From contig NC_087246.1 of assembly GCF_037042905.1 (NCBI RefSeq), positions 46,624,001-46,688,000 of the forward strand: a stretch of DNA of 64,000 bases, read 5' to 3'. Position numbers and translations under genes: made by a program. Shown piece by piece: positions 48,692 to 61,832 of the stretch. Origin of the DNA: Lytechinus pictus (taxonomy: Eukaryota). The notes under the pieces were generated by a model. It did not search any database, was not told the origin of the DNA, and saw only the letters and a program-made list of their open reading frames with translations. How positions within the stretch are numbered: position 1 is the stretch's first letter; each line of letters starts with the position of its first letter.

Positions 48692-48957
48692 TTAAATAGG
48701 CCCCTATTTCAATTTTTCTGGATCTGATAGAGATGCTTTCTATTTACTCGCGATATAAAATCATTGTTTATTTTTAAAATTGTCCATCTATATGACAAAT
48801 GAATTCAAGATTTACATTATTATTTTGAGAAAAGTGATGAATATTTATATTCAAAATATAAGAGAATAAAGCACCCAAAGATAAGCTCGGTCGCTTTGCT
48901 CCCTAGTTTTCATGTTCAAAATTTGTTATGTGTCTTGCCTCCCCAGAAGAAAAAAAA

Positions 48958-49446
48958 TTCATTCTGTAAAAGAGACCCTGAAACATTTGTACATATATTT
49001 TGTGATTGTCCGGCGGTTAACATTGTATGGGATGATCTTTTATCTATAATAAACCAAAAACAACATTCGAATATTATCCTTTCCCCCTTTGTAAAGATTT
49101 TTGGTATTCAAGGTGATAATTTTCTAACATTCATTTTCCTTGCTTTCAAATACTATGTTCACTTTTGTAAATTTAATAACAAAAACCCCAATATTGTGGA
49201 ATTCAAAGCTCGTATCAAAGGTATTAAGGATATTGAATATGTTTTGGCGAAGAAAAATGGTGAATTACCTGTACATTTTAAAAAGTGGAGATTTGATGTC
49301 TAATTTGTTTTATCTATCTGTCTTGACAAGTATATAGCTACATGTACGTAAGTGCTGCTCTGTTTAATCATGTAAATAGCTTGTTGATTTGTTTGATTTG
49401 TACTGTGATTTATTTTTTTATCAATAAAGATTGAAAGAAAAAAAAA
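48958..49446 (+). mobile_element. L1/Tx1-type LINE 3' remnant
   Basis: FCKRDPETFVHIFCDC (zinc-knuckle remnant) ... HFKKW*; aataaa plus A-rich tail; gaaagaaaaaaaa on both flanks (possible TSD). Confidence 0.85.
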
Positions 49447-49808
49447 TGCGTTCGGCTGCTACGGCCATGTATCAGGGAGTGCATATTCGGTTGGGGCGAG
49501 GCACTTTTTTCTCATTGACCATAATATACAGAAACGTGAAAAATGACGATCAAATAGTTATTTTATGTATATGCCCCCCCCCCCACTAGCACATTCGTTC
49601 CAGGGCTCCCTTATGTATTGTACTTGTTATTTATTTTCTTTTCATCGTTCTTTCCTTTCAAAATATGATGATGACAAAAAGGAACAGTGAGAAATAGAAA
49701 ATTATAGATAAAGATTTAAAATTCTTCTCCTTCTTCAGGTTACATTATATATCTGCCTAATTCAGGGTTGAAGATTCTTGCAGATGGTAATTGTGACATT
49801 ATTGTGAC

Positions 49809-50015
49809 TAGGGGCGGATCCAGGATTTTTTAAAAGGGGGGGACACATTTTCCCGAGGAAAAAAAAAGAGAAAGGTCTTCACTTTCGAAAGGGGGGAGGG
49901 AGGGGTGGGCACACTTCTGTTTTAACGGCATTTTTACATTACACATTTTAATTGTGCCTCTCAAAAGGGGGGCATATGGGCCGGCTGTGCCCCCCCCCCC
50001 CTGGATCCGCCAGTG
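49809..50015. mobile_element. hAT-like MITE
   Basis: attgtgac|taggggcggatccagg ... cctggatccgccagtg|attgtgac. Confidence 0.88.
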
Positions 50016-50307
50016 ATTGTGACATTATGACACTAGACAAAATTGCAAATTCAATGAGCAAATTTTCTCGTACCGGTAAACATTGTATCCGCTCATATAT
50101 ACGACCACATAGTACGACGTGCTCGTAGCTAGCTGCGCTAGCTTGATGCGCGCGCGTTCGTATTGCGCAATTTTCACATGTCCTCTGCATTTCGACGAAG
50201 GTGATCCAACGATCCGTCTCTCAAGCCTAAAATAACTCATTTCCAAAGATCATATCACATTATTCTGGAATATTTCGACGGAGAAAAATCTTAGGATACT
50301 CTAGAAT

Positions 50308-50496
50308 ATGGCTACTGTCTTGAGAGTCAGACGAAAGCGTTCCAGTGATCCAAGTGAAGCTCTCATCTTTTCTTGTAAGAAGGCCCGTACTTCTGGAGAT
50401 GGCAGCGGGAAAGGGAGTGCCACTGCTGCCGGAGCTGCGGGCGGTGGGGCAGACATCAAGACGGTGTTCAAGTTCGCTGGAACTGTTGATAAAAAG
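50308..50496 (+). CDS. SLC7A6OS: First coding exon of RNA polymerase II nuclear-import factor SLC7A6OS (Iwr1 homologue)
   Basis: MATVLRVRRKRSSDPSEALIFSCKKAR...VFKFAGTV resembles the SLC7A6OS N-terminus (AVLRVKRKRSAEPAEALVLACKR...VFHLVATV); donor aag|gtaaga; CpG-rich upstream region. No downstream exon recognised in the window. Confidence 0.85.
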
Positions 50497-53400
50497 GTAA
50501 GAAACTTACTGAAGTCTTATATTAATGAGTGCTGGGCCAAATTTTACAATTTGATTACATCACTATGTAATATGTGAAATCTAGATACAAAGTCTGATGC
50601 ATTATTTGTGCCCTCTAACGTTAATTATTCCAACTAAAGTTAGCATTGCCAGGCATTAGACAGCTGGCAAGTGGCAGCCGTCTGTTTCAAGGAGTTATCA
50701 TTAGGGGGTTAACAAATAACAATGCAAAATCCCCCCAACTGGGCTCATCGATATTTGTCTTTATTTCATAAAAATATTTAAAAAGAACTACCAAATTAAC
50801 GATTATTATTCCATTTTGGCCTGAAATGCACCAAAACGGGGAAAAATAAACTTAAAAGAGGGAAAAAACAGTGACTTACTTCGGCTGTTGCGCAACTTCC
50901 CTTTTCCTGTTTTAATACATAAACATATGGCCATTGAGTCCCTGTACAGATCGAGCTAGAACTTCGGTCTCTGTATTTGGTGAGTGGAGCCAACAGAGTT
51001 CAGCAGCAGGAATATCAAATCTTTTCATTTCGATTTCGATTTTTGGTGACGATGGCATGATTGAGGAGGAGGTCATTCACAGACGCTCGCAATTTCTAGT
51101 TCAGTGCACATTTCCAATAGGGTAATCCCAAGCCTGTAACACTTCAATTGCACAGAAGCTAAATCCAAGGTTTATTTTTCTGTCAAGTAAAATTTAGAAA
51201 CGCTATCCTGTAAGAAAAATGAATTCACGGAAAATATGAAAACTATGAAATAATATAGGCTATATTATTTCATAGTTTTCATATTTTTCATGAATTCGTT
51301 TTCGTTGAAATTTTCAATGTATTGGTATGTTTATTTTATTTATTTTTCTGTTTGTTTCCAAACCAACTGGCAACTCACTAACTACTAAGAGTAGATCTAT
51401 GGCAAAATAATGCAGACAGATACATGTAGGAGCGAGCATTTAAATATAGGATTTAGAAAATATTGCAAGGTCTTGTTTTTTGCATTAAAATGAAACGTAT
51501 ATCAGTTTGTAGATTTTGACTTGCAGATGCAGAGTAATTTTCAGTTTTCTTTTGAATTGAAAGAAATGGACACCTCATAGATTTACATAGATACATGTAC
51601 ACATAGGCATTTGCCATAGTTTAGTGTGCACAACTTTTTGTTGGGATGGCTTGACTTTGATTTAAAGGAGAATTAAAGAGAGGAAACCTCTGAAAGCGGT
51701 TGAATTCATGTAAAAGAGAAAAATCAAAGTTCAACAGATCAATGAGTTTGAGAAAATTTAAATGAATGATAAGAAAGTTAATGAGCACATTTAATAAATT
51801 GAGATTACTAATGCTTGTAGATCATCCTTTTAGCAATGCAGATGAGATCTGTGATGTCTGTAGAAAATAATTTTATTTTTAGAGGCTGTATTTTTTGCCT
51901 AATTGGGTGGTGGCTGAATTTGGGGGGCTATTTCCTTAATAATTTCAAGGCTTCTTTTTTCCCAGTGAGCCATTATGCTATAGGCCTACATGGTAAAGCA
52001 TTATTCTCGTGTTTGGAGAATCAATATTTATTTTCCTAATGTTCTTGAATACCGATGGGGCAGACATTGGGGCACTGTTCAAGATGGTCAGCCCAAAGCA
52101 TTTCGTTTTCCAAACGTAGGGTAGGGGCAATATTTGCTGTCATGAGGGCGAAACCGCCCATCGCTCTCATTCATACAAGTCATAGTTAATTGGAAGACGT
52201 GAAATGGTGTGAAGATTTTCATAGAACTTTTTTTTTTTTAATGTGAATTTGATGAAACCATTGGTGTATAAACGGGCCTCAATGTACCGGTACACATATA
52301 TGATATTGTTGCTCTCTCCTTGTTCTGTTAACTTTCATGTTGGCTACATGCACAGGTTGTCTTTTCTTGTCTTGTATTGTTTTGACTGGGGCTGAGTTGG
52401 CATATATTCAGGCTAGATGTACAAAAATGTGCATGTACACGTACTCCACCAACTTTGTTGAATTTGTAGCTCACTGGGCTGTGGATGACTTTTGTGTCCA
52501 GGAGCAGTGTGTCATCCTTCAGTCAATAGAACTCCTGAGTTGTGTAAGGGAAGAGGCTGAATATGTGGTATGGGCATCGCTTTTCAAGAAATGATGCTGA
52601 AGCTTGATGCTGTTCCCTCTAGTCTGTACTCTTGTCTGAAGTCACTAGGGTCGATGGCAACTAGGCCTTGTTACGATGTCAAACATTTTGCAGAGTCTGC
52701 TATTTTTTTTTTGTCTAACTCAATTCCCAATTTACAGACCTCAGACCTGTAGCATTAGTTTCATACTGCTGGTTCGCCTGTGTAGCCCTCATTAAAAGAA
52801 TTGGAGGTCATTTCATTTGCTTCTATTTTGAATATAATTTGAGCCTAAGAGGGAAATCATCAGAACCAAATAGCATTCTTTAGTGAAGAAAGAAAGATAG
52901 GACTCTTGACAAAAACACGTTGATCATGTTTTACAATGTATTTTGTTTAATCTGTAGTGTGTTTATTTGAATATTTTGTCTCCTCTTATGTCTGAGAGTG
53001 ATGACCTTGCTTGTTGTTTTGGACAATCTTTCATGCTGACATTCTAAACCAATTGATTTTCACTTTGATGGGCACTGGGCAGACGAGGCTGACTCCCCTT
53101 TATACTTTGCTTGAGTGCCTTGCAATAATAGCCTACTGCTTGCAGTGTCATCTAGAATGCACAACTTGTACCTTTTAACTCGCCCTCAAATAGTACGGAT
53201 CAGATAAGTGCTGACCCGGAAATAAAGATTATGTTCTTTATTTCCTCTATTAACTCTTATTTTCTTTGTTTTAGAAGTTCAGCAAGGGAATAGTGTGGAA
53301 GAGAATCATCGTAATTCTGCTAGTGATAAAGCATGCAAATTGTGATGCTTTTTGAATTTTGATTTCATATGCAGTTATGCACCATGTTCCCAGTGGAGTG

Positions 53401-54435
53401 CTGGTGCTAACACTTTTTTCAGAATACCATCCCTGGGTTGAGTGCAGCTCAATAATATGATGAATTTCTTGGCAAAGGAGTTTGATACTGTTTAAGGATT
53501 CCGGTTTTAGCATGCACTGATTCTTTTTTCTTTCTTCTTATATTTTCTATTTGAAGTCCCCTTCCATTGATTCATTCCATCTCAATCAGAGTGTTCCCCC
53601 GATCGCTCGTCACATTGTAATAAGATAAAAGGGCCTCTATGTTGAAGTCATGTTCGTTAGGCTGCCATGTTGAGAGGCAGATGGGTAGAAAAAACATAAT
53701 TAAATTAGGCATGACATTATTGACAAGAGAGAGAGAGAGAAGGTTGGACGCCTTGGAGTAGAGGGAATGTTGAGTCAATTTCGTTGGATTTAGCATGGAC
53801 CCTACCATGGATTTAGTGACCATCTTCGGGGTCCACTCCTGTCTTATCTGTAGTGCAAACAACATACTGTACGTACATAAACACTAATATTTGTGCAGTA
53901 CATACATAGGCCTTCATGTACAGTGCCTTTGCATACAACTAGTAATACAGGCATGTGCTATAAAGGGGTAAATGCACTATTTCTATAATGCTGTTTATAA
54001 CAGGATTGTGTAATTTGCAGTAATGGAATTACAACTGGATATACAGTACATTGTGTACTCATGGCCACAGAATCCTCAATTACGCTTTCTTTGAGATTTA
54101 TGTACATGTAAGTAGATAGACCTTTGTTGTAGGGTTTAATACATTATGATGCAGGTCTGCATTGGGTGTAGTCTGCAGGCACAGACTCATATTTGACACT
54201 TTAACCAATTAATAACAGGTCTAGAGTCAAGACTAGACTCCAAAGACTCTGTCTGTGTCAAAATAGAGCCTGCCACAGTACATAGTGAATCTAGTCTCAC
54301 TAATTCAGACTTTGCATTATGTACTATGCGAAAACCAAGGATATGTGCATGATTTTAGAAAGTTCTTTGTATGTTGGTTGCCTATATTACCCTAAAGTAT
54401 AAATCCTCTTCATCGTCTCGAAGACCACCATACTA

Positions 54436-54687
54436 CCAGCACCACCATTATTNNNNNNNNNNNNNNNNNNNNNNNNNNNNNNNNNNNNNNNNNNNNNNNN
54501 NNNNNNNNNNNNNNNNNNNNNNNNNNNNNNNNNNNNNNNNNNNNNNNNNNNNNNNNNNNNNNNNNNNNNNNNNNNNNNNNNNNNNNNTCATCACCACCAT
54601 CAATATCATCACCATCATCGTCGTCATCACCATCATCATCACCATCATCATCACCATCATCATCACCATCAACATCAGTATCATCAT
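54436..54687. repeat. (CAT/CAC)n microsatellite spanning a gap (54453-54587)
   Basis: Direct inspection. Confidence 0.95.
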
Positions 54688-55080
54688 TCAGTTTATAATG
54701 TACAACTTTTATTTTTACAAACTGTATGATGCTATATTCTTCTAGGATTCATGGGTTCTACCAAGGCATGGAGTATTACTGTGCAACCTATCCATCATAC
54801 ACAATGTACATTATGCTTGACGGATGGATATCAGGCCATACATCTTTGATTGGTGATGGTTTTGTTTCACTTCATTTCACACCCATCTGTGTCCTCCGAC
54901 TCCTCTCTGTTATAATAGAGAATGGGTAACACGTCGCCTTCATCATCTGATGAGGCAATTCCATTTTGCAATCACATTGATGCTATTTGTGAACTTACAT
55001 GTGTTAGGACCCTACATGTGTGCACGTTAATTAGAAGTTTGGTAACTTTTTAAGAAAAGTTGATTCATGCATGTTGAAGA

Positions 55081-55431
55081 CACTAGCGTACCTACGGAGG
55101 GGGGGGGGGCAGAGGGGGTAGTCTGCCCCCCCCCCCTGACGAGCCACAACCCATGCAAAGGACGTATCCCTGCCCCCCCTGACGAGCTTGAAGACCTTTA
55201 TTGCCCCCCTGACGTGCTTGAAGACTCTTTTTTTTCTGGTACGAAATCCTTCATTTGTGATTGAAGACCTTTTTCTTTTTTTCTTTTTTTTTTGCTTGTC
55301 AAATTTTTTACTGGTACGATATCCTTCATTTGTGATTGAAGACCTTTTTTTTAAATTTTTTTTGCTTGTCAAATTTTTTGGCGGACGGTTTTGCCCCCCC
55401 CCCCCTGTGAAAAATCCCAGATACGCCACTG
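55081..55431. mobile_element. hAT-like MITE
   Basis: gttgaaga|cactagcgta ... tacgccactg|gttgaaga; internal ~80-bp duplication. Confidence 0.85.
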
Positions 55432-55854
55432 GTTGAAGATGATGACTTGTAGGTCAAATACATGTATTTATTGAGCAAAATAAAACAAGAATGCTCTTAA
55501 AGGGAAATTGCAGTGTGTGTGGGGGGGGGGGGGGGGCAGTAGGATTCAGTTCTTAATCAACCATGCATTGAATCACAACTGTTTAATCACCTACGGTAAT
55601 ATATTTGCACGTCTGTGGGTTTTGGACTCATCCATTTACTGCTTTGATGAAGATTATAGCAATTTCATAATTAGTTTTTAATGGCAAACTAAGAATAGGT
55701 GTTGGGGTTTTGACCATGCACTCTGGTTTTAGGTTGAGAGAAGATATTCATGATGATTATACCAAAGGACTGACCAATTAGAGTAAAAGCCCAAGGGAAA
55801 TAGTACATTGTACATATTTTATTTACTTTAATAATCATAATAATTTTTCAAAGA

Positions 55855-56272
55855 ATACTGTATTTTATAGAGGTCCTCATCTTTGGAGTACTATTCCAAA
55901 TCATCTTAAGAATCAACTTTCTGTTAATAGCTTTAAACATTCCTTTCGACTATTTTTATTAAACTTGTACTCAGTAACTTGATATTATACATGTACATGT
56001 ATGTTTACCACAACTTTTTCTTTTTTGTCCCCCCCCCCCCCTTCTTACTATGATGTATTTATTTTGGGGTCAATGCTCAACAAGGCAAATTGCTCTTTTT
56101 TGTTGACCCCTCATTTGACATAAATTGTTTTCTTTGTTCTCTTATGTTATTTTTTCTATAATCATGAATTTATATGTTCATCATTGTTTTTTAATTATAT
56201 GTATTGACTTTTATACAGTGTATGTGTTTTTATGAAGAATGAAATAAATCAAATCAAATCCAATCCAATCCA
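55855..56272 (+). mobile_element. CR1/L2-group LINE 3' remnant
   Basis: TVFYRGPHLWSTIPNHLKNQLSVNSFKHSFRLFLL; (AAATC)n/(AATCC)n tail. Confidence 0.7.
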
Positions 56273-57442
56273 ACGATGCTTGTAGGACTACACCTGTTCA
56301 TTGATCAGTGGAAATAATATACACAATGATCCATACTTATCAGTTTCAAGTAGTCGCATGTTGCAAAGTCGTACATTAGCAGCATCCTTCCAGCGATAAT
56401 ATTGTACGTGTTGGTTCTTATAAAAGGTTCATGTACACGTAGGCTACATATATTAACATTGAATTGCATTCAATGGAGGTTTTACACACACGTACATTGA
56501 ACAGATAATAAAGAAAACCTTGAAATACATATTTGTGAGAAACTTGGGATATTTGGAACAATTTTTTTAGCAAAGCTCAAATCATGGAGATCTGTTGCCT
56601 ACTTTCCAAATATCTATATTATCATGAGAAATATCATGCACAGCATGAAAGGGGAACTTTCCTCAAAATATTGATGTCAAATCTAGGTCTGTTTACGATT
56701 GATATGGAGAGATAAAGATGACCAGAAAGTCGTCAGTAATTGGCATCCAGCCATGGGAAAACAATTCAGCATCGTTCTCAATCCAAGAGGCACCTTGTAC
56801 GCATGAGAATAGTAATATGATAAAGCAACCAGTCATTATGGGGTTATGTTATGCGTTATGTTCATCCCCATGTCTTGGGAATGTGATTGGTTTCGACACA
56901 TGAGCCTTTTGCATGCAAGGGCTTGTGATGTTCAGTCAGTTTGCATAAAGAAGAGAAGAGATCCTTTGTTGTTGGGTGTACATTGTAGTCTTTGATGTTA
57001 TAATGGTATATAAAAACTGCAGGCTTAGTGCTCTCAATTCACGCTTTGTTTCCAATGTATTGAAATATGACAAATTATCCATTCCAAATTGAAATAAAGT
57101 TGCTTTTGTTTAATTTGTCATGATGGCATCTTAGATCTTCATCAGACCTTGAAAGAGATCTCAAAGTGCACAAAATTGAATATCATTCCTAATTCTTTTG
57201 TAAGTCTTGTAGGATTGAAAAGGTGTGGTTAAATATGTACCTGAATATGGATGGTGCTTATACTGTATATGCCAAGGCTCAAAGGGGAAGTTCACCCTGA
57301 TGAAAAGCTTACGGTATTGTAAAAATATCAAGAAATAAATAATAAAAACACTGGTGAAGGTAATTATTTTTATTTATGACGTCATATATAAATGCCCCAT
57401 ATGTTCATAATATTACATGTACTGTACATGCAAAATTCATAA

Positions 57443-58400
57443 TTTTTGTCTCACCTGTATAGCAGAGTGAGACTATAGGCGCCGCTTTTCCGACGGCGGC
57501 GGCGGCGGCGGCGTCAACACCAAATCTTAACCTGAGGTTAAGTTTTTGAAATGACAGCATAACTTAGAAAGTATATGGACCTCGTTCATGAAACTTGGCC
57601 ATAAGGTTAATCAAGTATTACTGAACATCCTGCCTGAGTTTCATGTCACATGACCAAGGTCAAAGGTCATTTAGGGTCAATGAACTTAGACCATGTTGGG
57701 GGAATCAACATCAAAATCTTAACCTAAGGTTAAGTTTTTGAAATGTCATCATAACTTAGAAAATATATGGACCTAGCTCATGAAACTTATACATAAGGTT
57801 AATCAAGTATCACTGAACATCCTGCATGAGTTTCACATCACATGACCAAGGTCAAAGGTCATTTAGGGTCAATGAACTTTGGCCGAATTGGGGGTATCTG
57901 TTGAATTACCATCTTAACTTTGAAAGTTTATGGATCTGATTCATGAAACTTGGACATAATAGTAATCAAGTATTACTGAATATCCTGTGCAAGTTTCAGG
58001 TCACATGATCAAGGTCAAAGGTCATTTAGGGTCAATGAACTTTGGCCAAATTGGGGTATTTGTTGAATTACAGCCATAAATTTGAAAGTGTGTTGGTCTA
58101 GTTCATAAAACTTGGACATAATAGTAATCAAGTATCACTGAACATCCTGTGCGAGTTTCAGGTCACATGATTAAGGTCAAAGGTCATGTAAGGTCAAAGA
58201 ACTTTGGCCACGTTGGGGGTATTTGTTGAATTGCCATCATATCTCTATAAGTGTATTGGTCTAGTTCATAAAACGTGGAAATAAGAGTAACCAAGTATCA
58301 CTGAACATCTTGTGCGAGTTATAGTAGTTTTCAAAATCAGCACTGCTGCTATATTGAATCGCGTGATGCAGGTGAGACGGCCAGAGGCATTCCACTTGTT
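57443..58400 (+). mobile_element. Helentron-associated non-autonomous element (HINE/DINE-1-like) with minisatellite, inserted in a TTAA-type MITE (~57281-58597)
   Basis: 5' tttttgtctcacctg, subterminal inverted copy caggtgagac, (GGC)n microsatellite, tandem units of 192/163/162/163 bp, 3' end cttgtt, no TSD. Confidence 0.8.
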
Positions 58401-60114
58401 TGTCTGTTGATATATATTCAAAATCATTTTTATTTTTTAATAGAAAAGGACATTTCCTGGATGTATTGCTACACAATGTATGTGAAAGCAGCTAGTACAT
58501 CACAGACCTGTACAAAAAATAAAACTCTAATAACTTTTTGGATTTTTTTTATGTGTTTAACTCAAACCTTCACCAATATCAGGTTGAAATTCCTTCAAGT
58601 CTTCAATCATGAAGCCATTATGACATTAATAAGCTTCCTAATGTCTTTTTATGGTACATGTACCTACTCAGTTGAAGAGCATGGTCATGTTTAGACTTTG
58701 TTGGATGCGCCATAGCTTGTGCTCGATGCCTGCTGACATGGAAATATCTAAATAGAAAATGTATTATGATAGGAGAGGAACTACATGTATTCAAGGTCTT
58801 CATGTGCTTTATAAAGACATGCATGTAGATAAAGGAGGAGAGAGAGAGAGAGAGAAAAGAAGAAAGGAAAGAAATGGAGAGAGTGAGTGAGAGAGAGGGG
58901 GGGGGGGGTGAGGGATGAAATGAAAGTGGGAAATGAAAAAGAATAAAAGAAAAGAAAAGGCAGACATAAAGTGTGTGTAGATGAAGCCGGGGGGGGGGGG
59001 CATAAAAAAGAATGAATAAGAAATACTTGTACGTTTTATATGATCATTTATATGTACACTGTATGGGGAACTACAAATTTGAATTAAAAATAAACTCAAG
59101 TGGTGTGGAGAAGGAATAATGAAATGTTAATGTGGATAAAATGTATATGAGTGAAATCTTTAAAGTCATTTGTAGCAATTGGGGGGGGGGGGCTGTGGTG
59201 TATTTTGAATTTTGTACAGAATTCTGTTATAGAAGGTGTCTTCCCCCCCCCCCCCCGAAAGATGTGACAAAAGCCTTAAGAATCATAACCAACTAGTTTG
59301 GATGTTAGACAAGATTACAACTCATGGTTTTAGTATTTTTAGTAATAATAGTATCACCATTCCTCCTGATTGCTGCATAAGTGCATATCATTTTTCCTAC
59401 TTAAGCATACAATCATAGCTGCTAATAAGGTGCATCTTTATAGCATTTCAAGAAAGATATATATATTTCAAAATTCAAAAATGTCATTGTTGTGTCCAAT
59501 ATGCAATATATCAATCCAACAACTTCTGCTCTTCATTTCAATAGAATAAAAAAAAATAGTTGGTACATGTGTATCCTCTATTATTATGTCCAAAATATCA
59601 GATGCGCATGTCACTAACTCTTAATGCATAATCTAGTTTAGGATGTCATATGGTAAGATAATATGACACAGTGTATTGCGGTTATGGTTTGGTCTTCTTT
59701 GTCTGTAGTCTGTGCACTGTTATCAAGGGTGACAGTTACCCTCCTGTAATTGATCTTTCTGAAGATGATTCTCTCTGACAACCATCGGACATCGGCCCAT
59801 CTTCATCAACCTGCAGGAGTATTCGACCCATCCTACTGATATTGCACTGCAAGAAACTGGTTATCAACATAGTTTACATGTAACAATCAAATTAGTTGCA
59901 AGGATTCTCCTACTGATGGGAATGTTATTTTTTAATTCCATGATCAGGATTGATAACAATATTTTGATCATAATGACATCTCTGAACAGATTTCAGATCC
60001 TGGCTTGAATTTGTGCACTTCCTCCCCTCCCTGGGGAGCATCCCATCGAAAGTTTAAACACTCAATTGCTAGGCATATATGTACTACATGTTACATCTTA
60101 TACATTGAAAGTCC

Positions 60115-60366
60115 ATAAATTATTGTTCGAAATATAAATCTGAACAGAAATACTCCTAAAATTTGTTTTGCCCAGTGATCATGCATGGGTCTAGCAGCCA
60201 CTGTGCAGTGCCAGATTGACGTAGCTCTATCCCTTGGATCTTTAAATGCAAAACAGGGTAGCAGCAACTCCCATCTTTTAACATGTTTTGGTCTGACGCG
60301 GCCGGGTTTTGATCTCCCGACCTCCCGGTTGTGAGGCGGATGCTCTACCAACAGAGCCAACACACC
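60115..60366 (-). mobile_element. tRNA-derived SINE (same family as 24640-24900)
   Basis: Minus strand tggctctgttggtagagcatccgcctcacaaccgggaggtcggga...; shared body. Confidence 0.8.
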
Positions 60367-60528
60367 ATTGTCTTTTGCAGCCTGCAGGGTGCCTATTTAG
60401 CATTTGGGTGGAGGGTAGCAAAGTGTGGATCGATGCCTTGCCAAAGGACGCTAGGCCGCGGTTAATCCAGATTGGACGTTGTAGAAGCTTGGCACTTGGT
60501 GAGGGATTGGGGATGAGGCCCTCCATAC

Positions 60529-60933
60529 AGGCGGTGCTGCACCATCCCGAGTTAGCTCAATCTCGAGATTTTAGCCCGATCGGCCCTCTTCGCGAATAAT
60601 CTTGAGATTCAAGAAACCCTGTCTCCACCATCGCAAGAAGAGCGATTCCTGCTCGAGCGAGGCATCGATGCATTATGGTCTGACGCCATGAATAGATAAT
60701 CCCGAGTGCATCTGCACCTACGAATTAGCGCGATAATTCGTAAAATAGCGCGCTATTTTGCAAATAATCCCAAGTTGACTTGGGATTGCAATCTCGAGAT
60801 TAATCCTACGAACTACATGGAGCGATAATTGCGTCTCCATTGCAAATAATCTCGAGATTGTTCAGATCGGGATAATTTGCCGGGTCATAAATAGCGCGCT
60901 AATTTGAAAACTCGGGATGGTGCAGACAGCCCT
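60529..60933. mobile_element. Harbinger-like MITE inside a second SINE-like remnant (~60395-61072)
   Basis: tac|aggcggtgctgcaccatcccgagtt ... aactcgggatggtgcagacagccct|tac. Confidence 0.8.
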
Positions 60934-61239
60934 TACATGTAGATTTTAGCTTTGGAAAAGAGAGCTTCACCGATATCTAATCTGGACTAGGCCGCATGGG
61001 ATTCGGACGCATGACCCTCTGATCAAAAGGTGGGAGTCAGAACCTCTACACCACATTGTGGCCAGACTAGGGCTGATTGAGATCCACCTAGATTCATGTA
61101 CATGATTGATGATGATTTGGACTGACAGTCTGACATGTGTAAAGGGGAAGGTGCCTTGTAGCGTTCTATTATCCCCTCATCATGTGTCTCTTCATACCAC
61201 ACATTCTGAACTTACATGTAAATGTGCTTTAAAGCTTAA

Positions 61240-61832
61240 AGGTCAACTGTCCACCCCAGAAAAATGTTGATTTGAATAAATAGAGAAAAATCAAACTAGC
61301 ATAACGCTGAAAATTTAATCAAAATCGGATGTAAAATAAGAAAGTTATCGCATTTTAAATTTTAGCTTATTTTTCACAAAAGAGTGATGTGCACAACTGA
61401 GTGACAATAGTTGATGATGTCCCTCACTCACTATTTCTTTTATTTATTATTGTTTGAATTATACAATATTTCATTTTTTACAAATTTGACAATAAGGACC
61501 GACTTGACTGAACCATATAGTATCAAACTGCTAATTCCACATGTTCAGGGAGGAATTAATCGTTGTTTCACTTGACAATGAGGAGAAAATTCGAATATTT
61601 CATATTTCATATAATAAAATACAAAAGAAATAGTGAGTGGATGACGTCATCACTCTCCTCATTTGCATACCAACCAGTATGTGCATATAACTGTTTTGTG
61701 AAATTAAGGGAAACTGTATAATGTCATAACTTTCTTATTTTACATCCGATTTTGATGAAATTTTCAGTGTTATGTTTGTTGGATTTTTCTCTTTTTATTC
61801 AAATCAACTTTTTGTTTGAGTGGACTTGTCCT
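61240..61832 (+). mobile_element. Kolobok-like TTAA MITE (family A)
   Basis: ttaa|aggtcaactgtccacccc ... gtggacttgtcct|ttaa. Confidence 0.9.
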
